Assembly (NCBI GenBank): GCA_963762145.1
Contig: CAVXJS010000013.1
Coordinates: 64,001 to 128,000, forward strand
Length of the DNA stretch: 64,000 nt
Direction of reading: 5' to 3'
Source of the DNA: an uncultured Candidatus Rokubacteria bacterium
Lineage (GTDB): Bacteria > Methylomirabilota > Methylomirabilia > Rokubacteriales > CSP1-6
In this document: in pieces, positions 10,760-20,956 of the stretch
Position numbering within the stretch: position 1 is the first letter of the stretch
Layout of the letters: each line of letters starts with the position of its first letter
The notes under the pieces: generated by a model
Database searches by the model: none
The model's input: only the letters and a program-made list of their open reading frames with translations
What the model was told of the DNA's origin: nothing
Made by a program: the position numbers and the translations under genes

Positions 10760-11690
10760 CCTGGCGTACGCGGTCCTGGTCGCGCCCTTCAAGGACATGG
10801 TGGGCGCCCCCAGTTTCCTGGTCGAGGTGCTGATCGGCGGCCTCGCGGCCGGGCTCATGTACTCCCTGGTGGCGCTGGGCTTCGTGCTCATCTACAAGGC
10901 GTCCGGCGTCTTCAACTTCGCCCAGGGCGTGATGGTGCTGTTCGCGGCCCTGACCCTGGTGGGGCTGATGGAGCGCGGCGCTCCGCTGGTGGCGGCGCTG
11001 GTCCTGACCATGGGCGTGATGGTGGCGCTCGCTTTCGCCATCGAGCGCGTGGTGCTGCGCCCGCTCGTGAACCAGGAGCAGATCATCCTGTTCATGGCGA
11101 CGATCGGGCTCAACTTCTTCCTGGAGGGCTTCGGGGAGCTGGTCTGGGGGAGCAACGTCAAGAAGCTCGACGTCGGCATCCCCGACACGTCGTTCATGGC
11201 GTGGGGCGTCCAGGTCAATCGTCTCGAGCTGACCGCCGCGATCACCGCTGCGGTGCTGGTCGCGATCCTGGCCGTGTTCTTTCAGCGCACCCGCGTCGGG
11301 CGCGCGCTCCGGGCGGTGGCCGACGATCACGAGGCCGCGCTCTCGATCGGCATCCCGCTCAACACGATCTGGATCGTGGTCTGGTCGGTCGCGGGCCTGG
11401 TGGCCCTCGTCGCCGGGATCATGTGGGGGGCCAAGAGCGGCGTGCAGTTCAGCCTCTCGCTCATCGCGCTCAAGGCGCTCCCGGTGCTGATCCTGGGCGG
11501 CTTCACCTCGGTGCCGGGCGCCATCGTCGGCGGGCTCATCATCGGGATGGGCGAGAAGCTGGCCGAGGTGTACTGGGGGCCGCTCGTCGGCGGGGCCATC
11601 GAGAACTGGTTCGCCTACATGCTCGCCCTCGCCTTCCTCCTCGTCCGGCCGCAGGGCCTCTTCGGCGAGAAGATCATCGAGCGCGTATGA
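10752..11690 (+). CDS. ABC transporter permease (LivH-like)
   Basis: ALGFVLIYKASGVFNFAQG; multi-TM. Confidence 0.92.
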   Translation: MLDLAYAVLVAPFKDMVGAPSFLVEVLIGGLAAGLMYSLVALGFVLIYKASGVFNFAQGVMVLFAALTLVGLMERGAPLVAALVLTMGVMVALAFAIERVVLRPLVNQEQIILFMATIGLNFFLEGFGELVWGSNVKKLDVGIPDTSFMAWGVQVNRLELTAAITAAVLVAILAVFFQRTRVGRALRAVADDHEAALSIGIPLNTIWIVVWSVAGLVALVAGIMWGAKSGVQFSLSLIALKALPVLILGGFTSVPGAIVGGLIIGMGEKLAEVYWGPLVGGAIENWFAYMLALAFLLVRPQGLFGEKIIERV

Positions 11691-12763
11691 TCTACCGGGA
11701 AGCGGGGCAGTTCAAGGGTACGTACGCCAGCGACCAGGCGGTATTCCCGATCCGGCAGGATCGGATCATCGCGACGCTCGCGGCGGCCGCCGCGGTCATC
11801 GCGGTGCCGCTGGTCGCGAGCGAGTACTGGCTGCAGGCGGTGCTGATCCCGTTCCTGATTTACGCCCTGGCCGCCCTCGGCCTGAACCTGCTCACCGGCT
11901 ACGCGGGGCAGGTGTCGCTCGGCACCGGCGGCTTCATGGCGGTGGGCGCCTATTCCGCGTTCAAGATCACCACCGCGTTCCCGGGCCTCAACATCGTGGT
12001 CGCGTTCCTGCTGGCCGGGCTCGCGGCCGCGCTGGTGGGAGTGCTCTTCGGGATCCCGTCGCTGCGCATCAAGGGCTTCTACCTGGCCGTCGCCACCCTG
12101 GCCGCCCAGTTCTTCCTGATCTGGCTCTTCAACAAGGTGGCGTGGTTCACCAACTACGCCTCGTCCGGCACCATCACCGCGCCGCCGCGGCGGATGCTCG
12201 GGGTCATGGTGACGGGCCCGGAGGCGACCGCCCCGGTCCGGTACCTGCTCGCCCTGGCGCTGGTGGCGCTGTTCGCGCTCGTGGCCAAGAACCTGGTGCG
12301 GGGGCGGGTGGGGCGCTCGTGGATGGCGATCCGCGACCGGGACATCGCGGCCGAGATCATCGGGGTGCGCCCGCTGCGCACCAAGCTCCTCGCCTTCGCG
12401 ATCAGCTCGTTCTTCTGCGGGGTGGCGGGAGCGGAGTACGTGTTCCTCTATCTCGGCAGCGCCGAGACCCTGGCCTTCGACATCAACGTGTCCTTCCTCG
12501 TGCTGTTCATGGTCATCATCGGCGGCCTGGGCTCCATCCTGGGCTCCTTCCTGGGGGCCGCCTTCATCGTGATGGTGCCGATCTTCCTCACCAACGCGCC
12601 GCACCTGCTGGGCCTGTCCATGCCGGTGGCGCTCCAGAAGCACATCGAGCTGATGGTGTTCGGCGGGCTGATCGTCCTGTTCCTGATCGTCGAGCCGCAC
12701 GGCCTGGCCCGGCTCTGGCAGATCACCAAGGAGAAGCTGCGCCTGTGGCCGTTCCCCTACTGA
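11687..12763 (+). CDS. ABC transporter permease (LivM-like)
   Basis: ATGA overlap; NLLTGYAGQVSLG, LRIKGFYLAVATLA, ends RLWPFPY. Confidence 0.92.
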   Translation: MIYREAGQFKGTYASDQAVFPIRQDRIIATLAAAAAVIAVPLVASEYWLQAVLIPFLIYALAALGLNLLTGYAGQVSLGTGGFMAVGAYSAFKITTAFPGLNIVVAFLLAGLAAALVGVLFGIPSLRIKGFYLAVATLAAQFFLIWLFNKVAWFTNYASSGTITAPPRRMLGVMVTGPEATAPVRYLLALALVALFALVAKNLVRGRVGRSWMAIRDRDIAAEIIGVRPLRTKLLAFAISSFFCGVAGAEYVFLYLGSAETLAFDINVSFLVLFMVIIGGLGSILGSFLGAAFIVMVPIFLTNAPHLLGLSMPVALQKHIELMVFGGLIVLFLIVEPHGLARLWQITKEKLRLWPFPY

Positions 12764-12777
12764 CAAAGGAGATCCGC

Positions 12778-14103
12778 ATGACTCTACGACGCGTCATGAT
12801 CGCGCTGCTCGCCGCCGCCGTCATCGCCGTGCCGCTGGCCGGGACGGTGGCGGCCCAGGCCAAGGAGATGTTCATCCCCTCGCTGGTGTACCGCACCGGA
12901 CCCTACGCGCCGAGCGGCATCCCGTTCGCCAACGGCCTCTGGGACTACCTCACGATGCTCAACGAGCGGGACGGCGGGGTCAACGGCGTCCGCATCGTGG
13001 TGGAGGAGTGCGAGACCCAGTACGACACCAAGCAGGGCGTCGAGTGCTACGAGCGGCTCAAGGGCAAGGGCACCGGCGCGGTGGTGTTCAACCCGCTGAG
13101 CACCGGGATCACCTACCAGCTCATCCCGAAGGCGGGGGTGGACAAGATCACGGTGCACTCGATGGGCTACGGCATGACCGCGGCCGCCGACGGGCGCTGG
13201 TTCCCCTGGGTGTTCAACTTCCCGACGACCTACTGGAGCCAGGCCTCCTCGGTGATCCGGTACATGGGGCAGCAGGAGGGTGGGCTCGACAAGCTGAAGG
13301 GCAAGAAGATCGTCCACGTCTACCACAACAGCCCCTACGGCAAGGAAGCGAATCCCACGCTCGAGGAGCTGGCCCGCAAGTACGGCTTCGAGCTGACGCT
13401 GCTCGCGGTGGACCACCCTGGTCAGGAGCAGAAGGCCACCTGGCTGCAGGTGCGGCGGATCAACCCCGCGTGGGTGTACCTCTCGGGCTGGGGCGTGATG
13501 AACCAGGTGGCGGTGAAGGAGGCGGCCGCGATCAACTTCCCGATGGACCACCTGATCGGCAACTGGTGGTCGGCCAGCGAGGCGGACGTGGTGCCGGCGG
13601 GCGACGGGGCCAAGGGCTACAAGGGCGCGACGTTCCACGCGCCCGGGAGCAACTTCAAGGTCCACGCCGACATCGTCAAGCACGTCTACGACAAGGGCAA
13701 GAACATCGGCCCCAAGGACAAGATCGGCGAGGCCCTCTACAACCGCGGCATCATCAACGCCATGTACGCGGTCGAGGCCATCCGCACCGCGATGGGCAAG
13801 TTCGGCAACAAGCCGCTGACCGCCGAGCAGGTGCGCTGGGGCTACGAGCACCTGAACCTCACCGACGCGCGGCTCGACCAGATCGGCCTCAAGGGCTTCA
13901 CCCACGCGGTGAAGGTGACCTGCGAGGATCACGAGGGCAACGGCCCCGTGCTGATCCAGCAGTGGGACGGCCAGAAGTGGAACGTGGTGTCGGAGTGGGT
14001 GGCCCCGATGCGGGACGTCGTCCGGCCGAAGCTCGAGGCGGCGGCGGTCGAGGAAGGCAAGAAGCTGGGCTACTCGGCGCGCGACTGCTCGAAGGAGAAC
14101 TAG
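12778..14103 (+). CDS. ABC transporter substrate-binding protein
   Basis: AAGGAG RBS; signal peptide; YRTGPYAP, EECET, CEDHEG. Confidence 0.92.
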   Translation: MTLRRVMIALLAAAVIAVPLAGTVAAQAKEMFIPSLVYRTGPYAPSGIPFANGLWDYLTMLNERDGGVNGVRIVVEECETQYDTKQGVECYERLKGKGTGAVVFNPLSTGITYQLIPKAGVDKITVHSMGYGMTAAADGRWFPWVFNFPTTYWSQASSVIRYMGQQEGGLDKLKGKKIVHVYHNSPYGKEANPTLEELARKYGFELTLLAVDHPGQEQKATWLQVRRINPAWVYLSGWGVMNQVAVKEAAAINFPMDHLIGNWWSASEADVVPAGDGAKGYKGATFHAPGSNFKVHADIVKHVYDKGKNIGPKDKIGEALYNRGIINAMYAVEAIRTAMGKFGNKPLTAEQVRWGYEHLNLTDARLDQIGLKGFTHAVKVTCEDHEGNGPVLIQQWDGQKWNVVSEWVAPMRDVVRPKLEAAAVEEGKKLGYSARDCSKEN

Positions 14104-14109
14104 GACGTC

Positions 14110-14926
14110 GTGAGCGTCGCCGCGCGCCCGCTGCTCTCGGTCAACAACATCGAGGTCATCTACGATCACGTGATCCTCGTGTTGAAGGGCGTGTCGCTCC
14201 AGGTTCCCGAGGAGGGCATCGTCGCCCTCCTCGGGGCCAACGGGGCGGGCAAGTCCACCACGCTCAAGGCCATCTCGGGGCTCCTGCGCACCGAGCGGGG
14301 CGAGGTGACCAAGGGCGGGGTGGAGCTCGGCGGCGAGGCGATCCATCGCCGCGAGGCCTCCGAGATCGTGCGGCGGGGCGTGGTGCAGGTGATGGAAGGC
14401 CGGCACGTCTTCGAGCACCTGACCGTGGAGGAGAATCTGCTGACCGGGGGCTACACGCGGCGGAACGGGCACGCGCTCAAGCCGGATCTGGAGCGGGTGT
14501 ACGGCTATTTCCCCCGCCTGCGGGACCGGCGCGGCGTGCGCGCCGGCTACATCTCGGGCGGCGAGCAGCAGATGCTCGCGATCGGCCGGGCCCTCATGGC
14601 CCATCCGCGCCTGATGCTGCTCGACGAGCCCTCGATGGGCCTGGCCCCGATGCTGGTGCAGGAGATCTTCGAGATCGTCGGGCGGTCTGAACCGCGAGGA
14701 GCGGGTGGCGGTGCTGCTGGCCGAGCAGAACGCGAACATGGCGCTGCGCTTCGCCCAGTACGTCTACGTGATGGAGAACGGGCGGGTGGTGCTGGACGGC
14801 GACGTCAAGACGGTGAGCGAGAACGAGGACATCAAGGAGTTCTACCTGGGGCTGTCCGGGGTGGGCCAGCGGAAGAGCTATCGCGACGTCAAACACTACA
14901 AGCGGCGGAAACGCTGGCTGTCGTGA
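14110..14926 (+). CDS. ABC transporter ATP-binding protein (LivF-like), frameshift near 14683
   Basis: GANGAGKS, ISGGEQQ, LDEPSMG; C-terminus ..KHYKRRKRWLS in the shifted frame, identical to the paralog at 20957. Confidence 0.9.
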
Positions 14927-14936
14927 GGACCCAGAC

Positions 14937-15731
14937 ATGAGCTCGCAGCTCCAGATCGCGGAGGTCTCGAAGGCGTTCGGGGGCGTGCAGGCGGTCACGC
15001 GGGTGAGCCTGGACGTCCGACAGGGAGAGATCCTCTCGGTCATCGGCCCCAACGGCGCGGGCAAGACCACCCTGCTCAACATGATCAGCGGGTTCTACCA
15101 TCCCGACACGGGCCGGATCACGCTCGAGGGCGGCGACGTCACCCGCAGCGCCCCGAGCCGGATCGCCGAGCTGGGGGTCGCCCGCACGTTCCAGAACATC
15201 GCTCTGTTCCGAGGCATGACCGTGCTCGACAACCTCATGCTGGGCCGCCACGTCCGGATGAAGGCGGGGGTGCTCGCCTCCTTCATCTACTGGGGCCTCG
15301 CCCAGCGAGAGGAAGTGACCCATCGGCGACGCGTGGAAGACATCATCGATTTCCTGCGGATCCAGGACCTGCGCCGGCGTCCGACCGGGTCGCTGGCCTA
15401 CGGCCTGCAGAAGCGGGTCGAGCTCGGCCGGGCCCTCGCCCTCGACCCCAAGATTCTCCTCCTCGACGAGCCGATGGGCGGCTGTAACCACGAGGAGAAG
15501 GAGGACATGGCCCGCTTCATCCTCGACGTCAACCAGGAGTGGGGGACCACCATCATCCTGATCGAGCACGACATGGGGGTGGTCATGGACATCTCGGATC
15601 GGGTGGCCGTCCTCGACATGGGGCAGAAGATCGCCGACGGCTCCCCCGACGAGGTGCGAGCGAACCCGCAGGTGATCAAGGCGTACCTGGGCGACGCGAA
15701 GGGCGCGACGAATGGAGGCCAACGTGGCTGA
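14937..15731 (+). CDS. ABC transporter ATP-binding protein (LivG-like)
   Basis: GPNGAGKT, ARTFQN, LAYGLQKR. Confidence 0.92.
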   Translation: MSSQLQIAEVSKAFGGVQAVTRVSLDVRQGEILSVIGPNGAGKTTLLNMISGFYHPDTGRITLEGGDVTRSAPSRIAELGVARTFQNIALFRGMTVLDNLMLGRHVRMKAGVLASFIYWGLAQREEVTHRRRVEDIIDFLRIQDLRRRPTGSLAYGLQKRVELGRALALDPKILLLDEPMGGCNHEEKEDMARFILDVNQEWGTTIILIEHDMGVVMDISDRVAVLDMGQKIADGSPDEVRANPQVIKAYLGDAKGATNGGQRG

Positions 15732-17640
15732 CCTCACGACACTACCCCGCCTGTTGCAGCGCAACGCCCGCGAGCTCGGGAACCGGCCGGCGATCCGCGA
15801 GAAGGACCGGGGCATCTGGCAGACGTGGACCTGGAGTCAGTACCACGACCAGGTCCGGGATCTCGCGCTCGGCTTGGCCGCCCTCGGCTTCCAGCGAGGC
15901 GATCGCCTGTCGGTGATCGGGGACAACCGGCCCCGCCTGTACTGGGGCCAGGTCGCGGCCCAGGCCCTCGGCGGCGTGCCGGTGCCCGTCTACCAGGACT
16001 CGATCGCCAAGGAGCTGGCCTACGTGTGGAACCACTCCGAGGTCAGCGTGATCCTCGCGGAGGACCAGGAGCAGGTGGACAAGATTCTCGCCCTCCGGGC
16101 CGAGCTCCCGGCGCTGCGCCTCGTGATCTACGACGACCCGCGGGGCCTATCCTCGTACCGGCACGACTGGCTCAAGTCCTACGACGATCTGCAGGAGCGG
16201 GGCCGCGCCTTCGCGGCCGAGCATCCCGGGTATTTCGAGGCCGAGATCGAGAAGGGGCGGCCGGACGACGTCGCGATCATCTGTTACACCTCGGGCACCA
16301 CCGGCAGTCCGAAGGGGGCCATGATCACGCACGCCAACGCGGTGGGGGTGGCCGACAGCTTCCGGCGGGAGTCTCGCCTCACCCCGGAGGACACCTCGCT
16401 GGCCTACCTGCCCATGGCGTGGGCCGGCGATTCGGTCTACACGCTGTTCGCCAGCCTGGTGGTGGGCTTCTGCGCCAACTGCCCGGAGAGCCCGGAGACG
16501 GTGCAGCGGGACCTCCGGGAGCTCGGCCCGTCCACCCTGCTCGCCCCGCCCCGCATCTGGGAGAACATGCTCACCGCGGTGCAGGTGCGGGCCAGCGACG
16601 CCACTCCGCTGAAGCGGCACACCTTCGAGTACTTCCGCGGAGCGGCGGAGCGGGCCGAGATCCTCCGGACCGAGGGCAAGCCGGTGCCCCTCGGTCTCAA
16701 GGTGGCCACCGCGCTCGGCGAGTTCTTCGTGTATCGACCCGTCCGCGACCAGCTCGGCCTGAGCCGGACCAAGTGGGTGCTGACCGGGGGAGCGCCCCTC
16801 GGGCCCGACACGTTCCGGTTCTTCCGCTCGATCGGGGTCAATCTCAAGCAGGTCTACGGATCGACCGAGACCACCGGGCTCGTGTCGCTCCAGCCGGACC
16901 GGGAGGCCAATCCCACCACCGCGGGGCGCCCGGTGTCCGGGGTGGAGATCCGGATCGGCGATCGCGGCGAGGTCCTCGTGAAGGGCTGTGCGGTCTTCAA
17001 GGGCTACTTCCGGAACGACGAGGCGACCCGCGAAGTCATCGACGCCGACGGCTGGTTCCACACCGGCGACGCCGGCTTCATCGATCCCCAGGGCCATCTC
17101 GTCATCATCGACCGGGCCAAGGACGTGGGCGCGCTCGCCGAGGGCACTCCCTTCGCTCCGCAGTTCATCGAGAACAAGCTGAAGTTCAGCCCGTACATCC
17201 GGGAGGCGGTGGCCTTCGGCCACGAGAAGCCGTTCGTTGCCGTCATGGTGGCGATCGATCCCGGAACGGTCGGGAACTGGGCGGAGCGCCGCGGGCTCGC
17301 CTACACCTCCTACATGGATCTCTCCCAGAAGGCGGAGGTGCGCGGGCTGATCCGCGACGAGATCCGCCGCGCGAACCAGACTCTGCCCGAGGGGATCCGG
17401 ATCCGTCGCGTCCTCCTGCTCACCAAGGATCTCGAGGCCGACGACGCGGAGATGACGCGGACCCGAAAGGTGCGGCGACGCTACGTCGCCGACAAGTACG
17501 CGACGGTGATCGACGCGCTGTACGGTGGCGCGGGCGAGACGGAGCTCTCCACCAGTATCACCTACGAGGACGGGCGCCAGGCGACCATCCAATCGCGGGT
17601 GCGAATCGAGGATGTCGAGGAGGTAGCCACCCGTGTCTGA
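15712..17640 (+). CDS. Long-chain acyl-CoA synthetase (AMP-binding)
   Basis: YTSGTTGSPKG, QVYGSTE, HTGDAG, MTRTRKVRR; paralog of 8018-9968. Confidence 0.92.
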   Translation: MEANVADLTTLPRLLQRNARELGNRPAIREKDRGIWQTWTWSQYHDQVRDLALGLAALGFQRGDRLSVIGDNRPRLYWGQVAAQALGGVPVPVYQDSIAKELAYVWNHSEVSVILAEDQEQVDKILALRAELPALRLVIYDDPRGLSSYRHDWLKSYDDLQERGRAFAAEHPGYFEAEIEKGRPDDVAIICYTSGTTGSPKGAMITHANAVGVADSFRRESRLTPEDTSLAYLPMAWAGDSVYTLFASLVVGFCANCPESPETVQRDLRELGPSTLLAPPRIWENMLTAVQVRASDATPLKRHTFEYFRGAAERAEILRTEGKPVPLGLKVATALGEFFVYRPVRDQLGLSRTKWVLTGGAPLGPDTFRFFRSIGVNLKQVYGSTETTGLVSLQPDREANPTTAGRPVSGVEIRIGDRGEVLVKGCAVFKGYFRNDEATREVIDADGWFHTGDAGFIDPQGHLVIIDRAKDVGALAEGTPFAPQFIENKLKFSPYIREAVAFGHEKPFVAVMVAIDPGTVGNWAERRGLAYTSYMDLSQKAEVRGLIRDEIRRANQTLPEGIRIRRVLLLTKDLEADDAEMTRTRKVRRRYVADKYATVIDALYGGAGETELSTSITYEDGRQATIQSRVRIEDVEEVATRV

Positions 17641-18529
17641 CGAACTCGGCTTCTTTTTTCTCCTGGTATCGAACGGCATCCTGATCGGCCTGATGTACGC
17701 GCTGATCGCGCTGGGTTTCGTGCTCGTCTACAAGGCCACCGACGCGGTGAACTTCGCCCAGGGTGAGTTCGTCCTGCTCGCCGGCCTCCTGGCCGCGGCC
17801 GCCCTCGACGTGTGGGGCGCCCCCCTGTGGGTGGCGGTGGGGACCGCGCTGGCGGGCATGATCGTGTTCGGGTTCCTCCTCGAGCGGGTCATGCTGCGCA
17901 AGCTGATCGGACGCCCGGTGATCGCGGTGGTGATGGCCACCATCGGCCTCGCCTCTATCCTGCGCGGCATCGGTCCCGCCACCGTGGGGGCGGGCACCCG
18001 GACCATCCCGCTGCCCATCCCGGACGACCCCATCGTGCTAGGGCCGCTGTTCATCCCGCCCATCCAGCTTTTGGGGGGCGTGGTGAGCCTCCTGTTCCTC
18101 AGCGGGTTCGGCTGGTTCTTCCTGAAGTCACGGAAGGGCATTGCGATGCGGGCCATCGCGGACAACCAGCAGGTCGCGATGGCGATGGGGATCAACGTGG
18201 AGCGCTATTTCGGTCTGGCGTGGGCCATGACCGGGGTGGTGTCCGCGCTCGGCGGCATCATCTGGGGCAACCTGCTCGGGGTGGACATCAACCTGTCCCT
18301 GGTCGGGTTGAAGGTGTTCCCGGTGGTGATCCTCGGGGGGCTCGACTCGATTCCCGGGGCGGTGATCGGCGGCCTGATCGTGGGCCTGGTGGAGAACGTG
18401 ACCGCCGGCTACGTTGATCCCTACGTGGGGGGCGGCACCAAGGACTTCGCGCCGTACGTGCTGATGATCCTCGCCCTCATGGTCCGTCCGTACGGGATCT
18501 TCGGCAAGAAGATCATCGAGAGGATCTAG
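17633..18529 (+). CDS. ABC transporter permease (LivH-like)
   Basis: ALGFVLVYKATDAVNFAQG. Confidence 0.92.
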   Translation: MSDELGFFFLLVSNGILIGLMYALIALGFVLVYKATDAVNFAQGEFVLLAGLLAAAALDVWGAPLWVAVGTALAGMIVFGFLLERVMLRKLIGRPVIAVVMATIGLASILRGIGPATVGAGTRTIPLPIPDDPIVLGPLFIPPIQLLGGVVSLLFLSGFGWFFLKSRKGIAMRAIADNQQVAMAMGINVERYFGLAWAMTGVVSALGGIIWGNLLGVDINLSLVGLKVFPVVILGGLDSIPGAVIGGLIVGLVENVTAGYVDPYVGGGTKDFAPYVLMILALMVRPYGIFGKKIIERI

Positions 18530-18533
18530 GCCG

Positions 18534-19601
18534 ATGTTCCATCGCGAGTGCGGCGTGCTGAAGACGAGCTACGAGGCGGACATGGGTCTCTACCCGCTGC
18601 CGATCGCGCGCTGGGCCATCGGCCTGCTCGCGGTGGTGTTCTTTGCGATCATCCCGCTGGGCCTGGACTCGTACTTCCTCTCGATCGCCAACCTGGTCTG
18701 GATCGCCTGCATCGGGGCCCTCGGCCTCAACATCCTGGTTGGCTACACCGGGCAGGTGTCGATTGGCCACGGGGCCTTCATGTCGGTGGGAGCCTACACG
18801 GCGGCGAACCTGGCGACGCGGCTGGATTCGCCATGGCCGGTGAACCTGCTCGCCGGGGGTATCATGGCTGCGCTGGTGGGGGCGGTGGTGGGCATCCCGT
18901 CCCTTCGCATCAAGGGGCTCTACCTGGCCATCGCCACCCTCGCGGGCCAGTTCATCATCGAGTGGATCATCAACCACGTGACCTTCATCAGCGGCGGGGT
19001 GCAGGCCTCGATCGAGGTGGCCCGACCGAGAATTTTCGGCATGGTGCTCGACTCCCAGCGGGACATGTACTACTTTCTGCTGTTCTTCGTGGTGCTGGCG
19101 ACCATCGGCACCATGAACCTGGTGCGGTCGCGGGTGGGCCGCGCCTTCATCGCGATCCGGGACCAGGACATCGCGGCCGAGATCATCGGGATCAACATCT
19201 TCCGGTACAAGCTGCTCGCGTTCGCGATCTCATCCTTCTACGCGGGCGCCAGCGGAGTGCTCTACACCTACTTCCTCGGGATCGCGAACTACGAGCAGTT
19301 CCAGCTCGGCGTGTCCATCGACTACCTGGCCATGATCATCATCGGGGGTCTGGGGTCGGTGCAAGGGTCCATCTTCGGCGCGTTCTTCATCACCCTGCTC
19401 CCCATCGTGATCCGGCGCACGATGGAAGCGTTCGGCGGGGTGTTCTTCGAGCCCCAAACCATCCTGAATCTGATCCCCAATCTCCGCGTCATCCTCTTCG
19501 GCGTGCTGATCATCTTCTTCCTGATCGTGGAGCCGGAGGGCCTCAACCGCCTGTGGCGGAACATCCGGAACTACTTCCGCATCTGGCCATTCGCGTACTG
19601 A
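18534..19601 (+). CDS. ABC transporter permease (LivM-like)
   Basis: NILVGYTGQVSIG, LRIKGLYLAIATLA, ends RIWPFAY. Confidence 0.92.
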   Translation: MFHRECGVLKTSYEADMGLYPLPIARWAIGLLAVVFFAIIPLGLDSYFLSIANLVWIACIGALGLNILVGYTGQVSIGHGAFMSVGAYTAANLATRLDSPWPVNLLAGGIMAALVGAVVGIPSLRIKGLYLAIATLAGQFIIEWIINHVTFISGGVQASIEVARPRIFGMVLDSQRDMYYFLLFFVVLATIGTMNLVRSRVGRAFIAIRDQDIAAEIIGINIFRYKLLAFAISSFYAGASGVLYTYFLGIANYEQFQLGVSIDYLAMIIIGGLGSVQGSIFGAFFITLLPIVIRRTMEAFGGVFFEPQTILNLIPNLRVILFGVLIIFFLIVEPEGLNRLWRNIRNYFRIWPFAY

Positions 19602-19626
19602 GGTACGCGATGAAAGGAGACCGCTC

Positions 19627-20871
19627 ATGAGACAGGTTCTGGCAATCGCAATCGCGCTGCTGCTGGGAGGGACCAGCCTGTTCGCGCCCGTCCCGTCGGT
19701 GGCCCAGTCGAAGGGCGAGGTCGTGATCGGGGTCCAGTGCGACCGCACCGGCGCGACCCAGATCGTGGGCACCGTCCTGTGCCCTGGCTTCCACGACTAC
19801 GTGGCCCTGGTGAACAGCAAGGGCGGCGTGGAGGGGTTCAAGATCAAGGCCCTGGAGGTCGATCACGAGTACAAGGTGCCGCCCTCGATCGAATCGTACG
19901 AGCGCTTCAAGCAGGAGGGCGCGGTGTCCATCGCGGTCTACGGGACCCCGCACATCTACGCGCTGGCCGCCAAGCTGAACGAGGATCGGATCCCCGGGAC
20001 GTCGCCGGGCTTCGGTAGCGCGGCCGCCGCCGACGGCACGCGGTATCCGTACATCTTCCCGATCGCCGCGACCTACTGGTCGCAGGGCACCGCCGCGGTG
20101 GACTTCGTAAAGAAGGAGCTCGGCGGAAGCTTGAAGGGCAAGAAGATCGCCTATCTCTTCTACGACAATCCGGCGGGCCGTGAGCCGATCCAGGTGCTCG
20201 ACGACCTGGCGCAGAGGGAGGGGTTCCAGATCAAGCACTTCGCGGTGCCGCCTCCCGGGGTCGAGATGGGCGCGCAGGTCCTCGACATCGCCCAGCGCTA
20301 CCGCGCCGACTTCGTGATCAACCACCTCTTCGGCGGCGCGCCGGCGGTGGCGATTAAGGAGCTCAAGCGGATCGGCTATCCGCTGCGGAAGATGGTCGGA
20401 TTTGTGTGGGCCTCCGCCGAGGTCAACATCGAGGCCGCAGGCGGCTTCGCGGCCGCCGAGGGTTACTACACGATGCAGTTTGCGGGGGTCGGCACCGACT
20501 TCCCGGTGCTGAACGAGATCCGCGAGATGTACAAGAAAGAGGGCAAGGCGGCGCCGAAGGAGATGGCCTCAACGGTCTATTACAATCGCGGGGTGCTGAT
20601 CGGAGCGCTGCACGTGGAGGCCATCCGCAACGCGTTGAAGGCGAAGGCGGGCGGCAAGATCACCGGGGTCGACGTGAAGGCGGGCTTCGAGAAGATCTCC
20701 AACTTCACGCTCGGCGGCCTGGTGCCGCCGTTGAAGATCACCCCGACCGACCACGAGGGCGGCGGGCTCGTCCAGATCTGGCAGGTGAAGGGCGGCAAGT
20801 TCGTCAAGTCGACGGAGTGGTTCGCCGCCTACCCGGACGTGCTGGCCAAGCACATCAAGGAGCACAAGTAA
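19627..20871 (+). CDS. ABC transporter substrate-binding protein
   Basis: AAGGAG RBS; signal peptide; DRTGAT, TDHEGGG. Confidence 0.92.
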   Translation: MRQVLAIAIALLLGGTSLFAPVPSVAQSKGEVVIGVQCDRTGATQIVGTVLCPGFHDYVALVNSKGGVEGFKIKALEVDHEYKVPPSIESYERFKQEGAVSIAVYGTPHIYALAAKLNEDRIPGTSPGFGSAAAADGTRYPYIFPIAATYWSQGTAAVDFVKKELGGSLKGKKIAYLFYDNPAGREPIQVLDDLAQREGFQIKHFAVPPPGVEMGAQVLDIAQRYRADFVINHLFGGAPAVAIKELKRIGYPLRKMVGFVWASAEVNIEAAGGFAAAEGYYTMQFAGVGTDFPVLNEIREMYKKEGKAAPKEMASTVYYNRGVLIGALHVEAIRNALKAKAGGKITGVDVKAGFEKISNFTLGGLVPPLKITPTDHEGGGLVQIWQVKGGKFVKSTEWFAAYPDVLAKHIKEHK

Positions 20872-20917
20872 TCGTCCAACCCCGGGCGCCCCGGCGCGTC
20901 GCGGAACGGAGGACCGA

Positions 20918-20946
20918 CACCGGAGGGGGCCCGGCCCCCTCCGGTG
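20918..20946 (+). terminator. GC-rich hairpin after the SBP gene (mRNA stabiliser or partial terminator)
   Basis: CACCGGAGGGGGCC-C-GGCCCCCTCCGGTG perfect inverted repeat; no U-tract. Confidence 0.55.
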
Positions 20947-20956
20947 ACACAACGCC

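Noticed and set aside
15470-15495. EPMGGCN instead of EPMAGMN in an ABC ATPase D-loop region
   Set aside because: Minor local variation or compensating sequence error; Walker motifs are intact.
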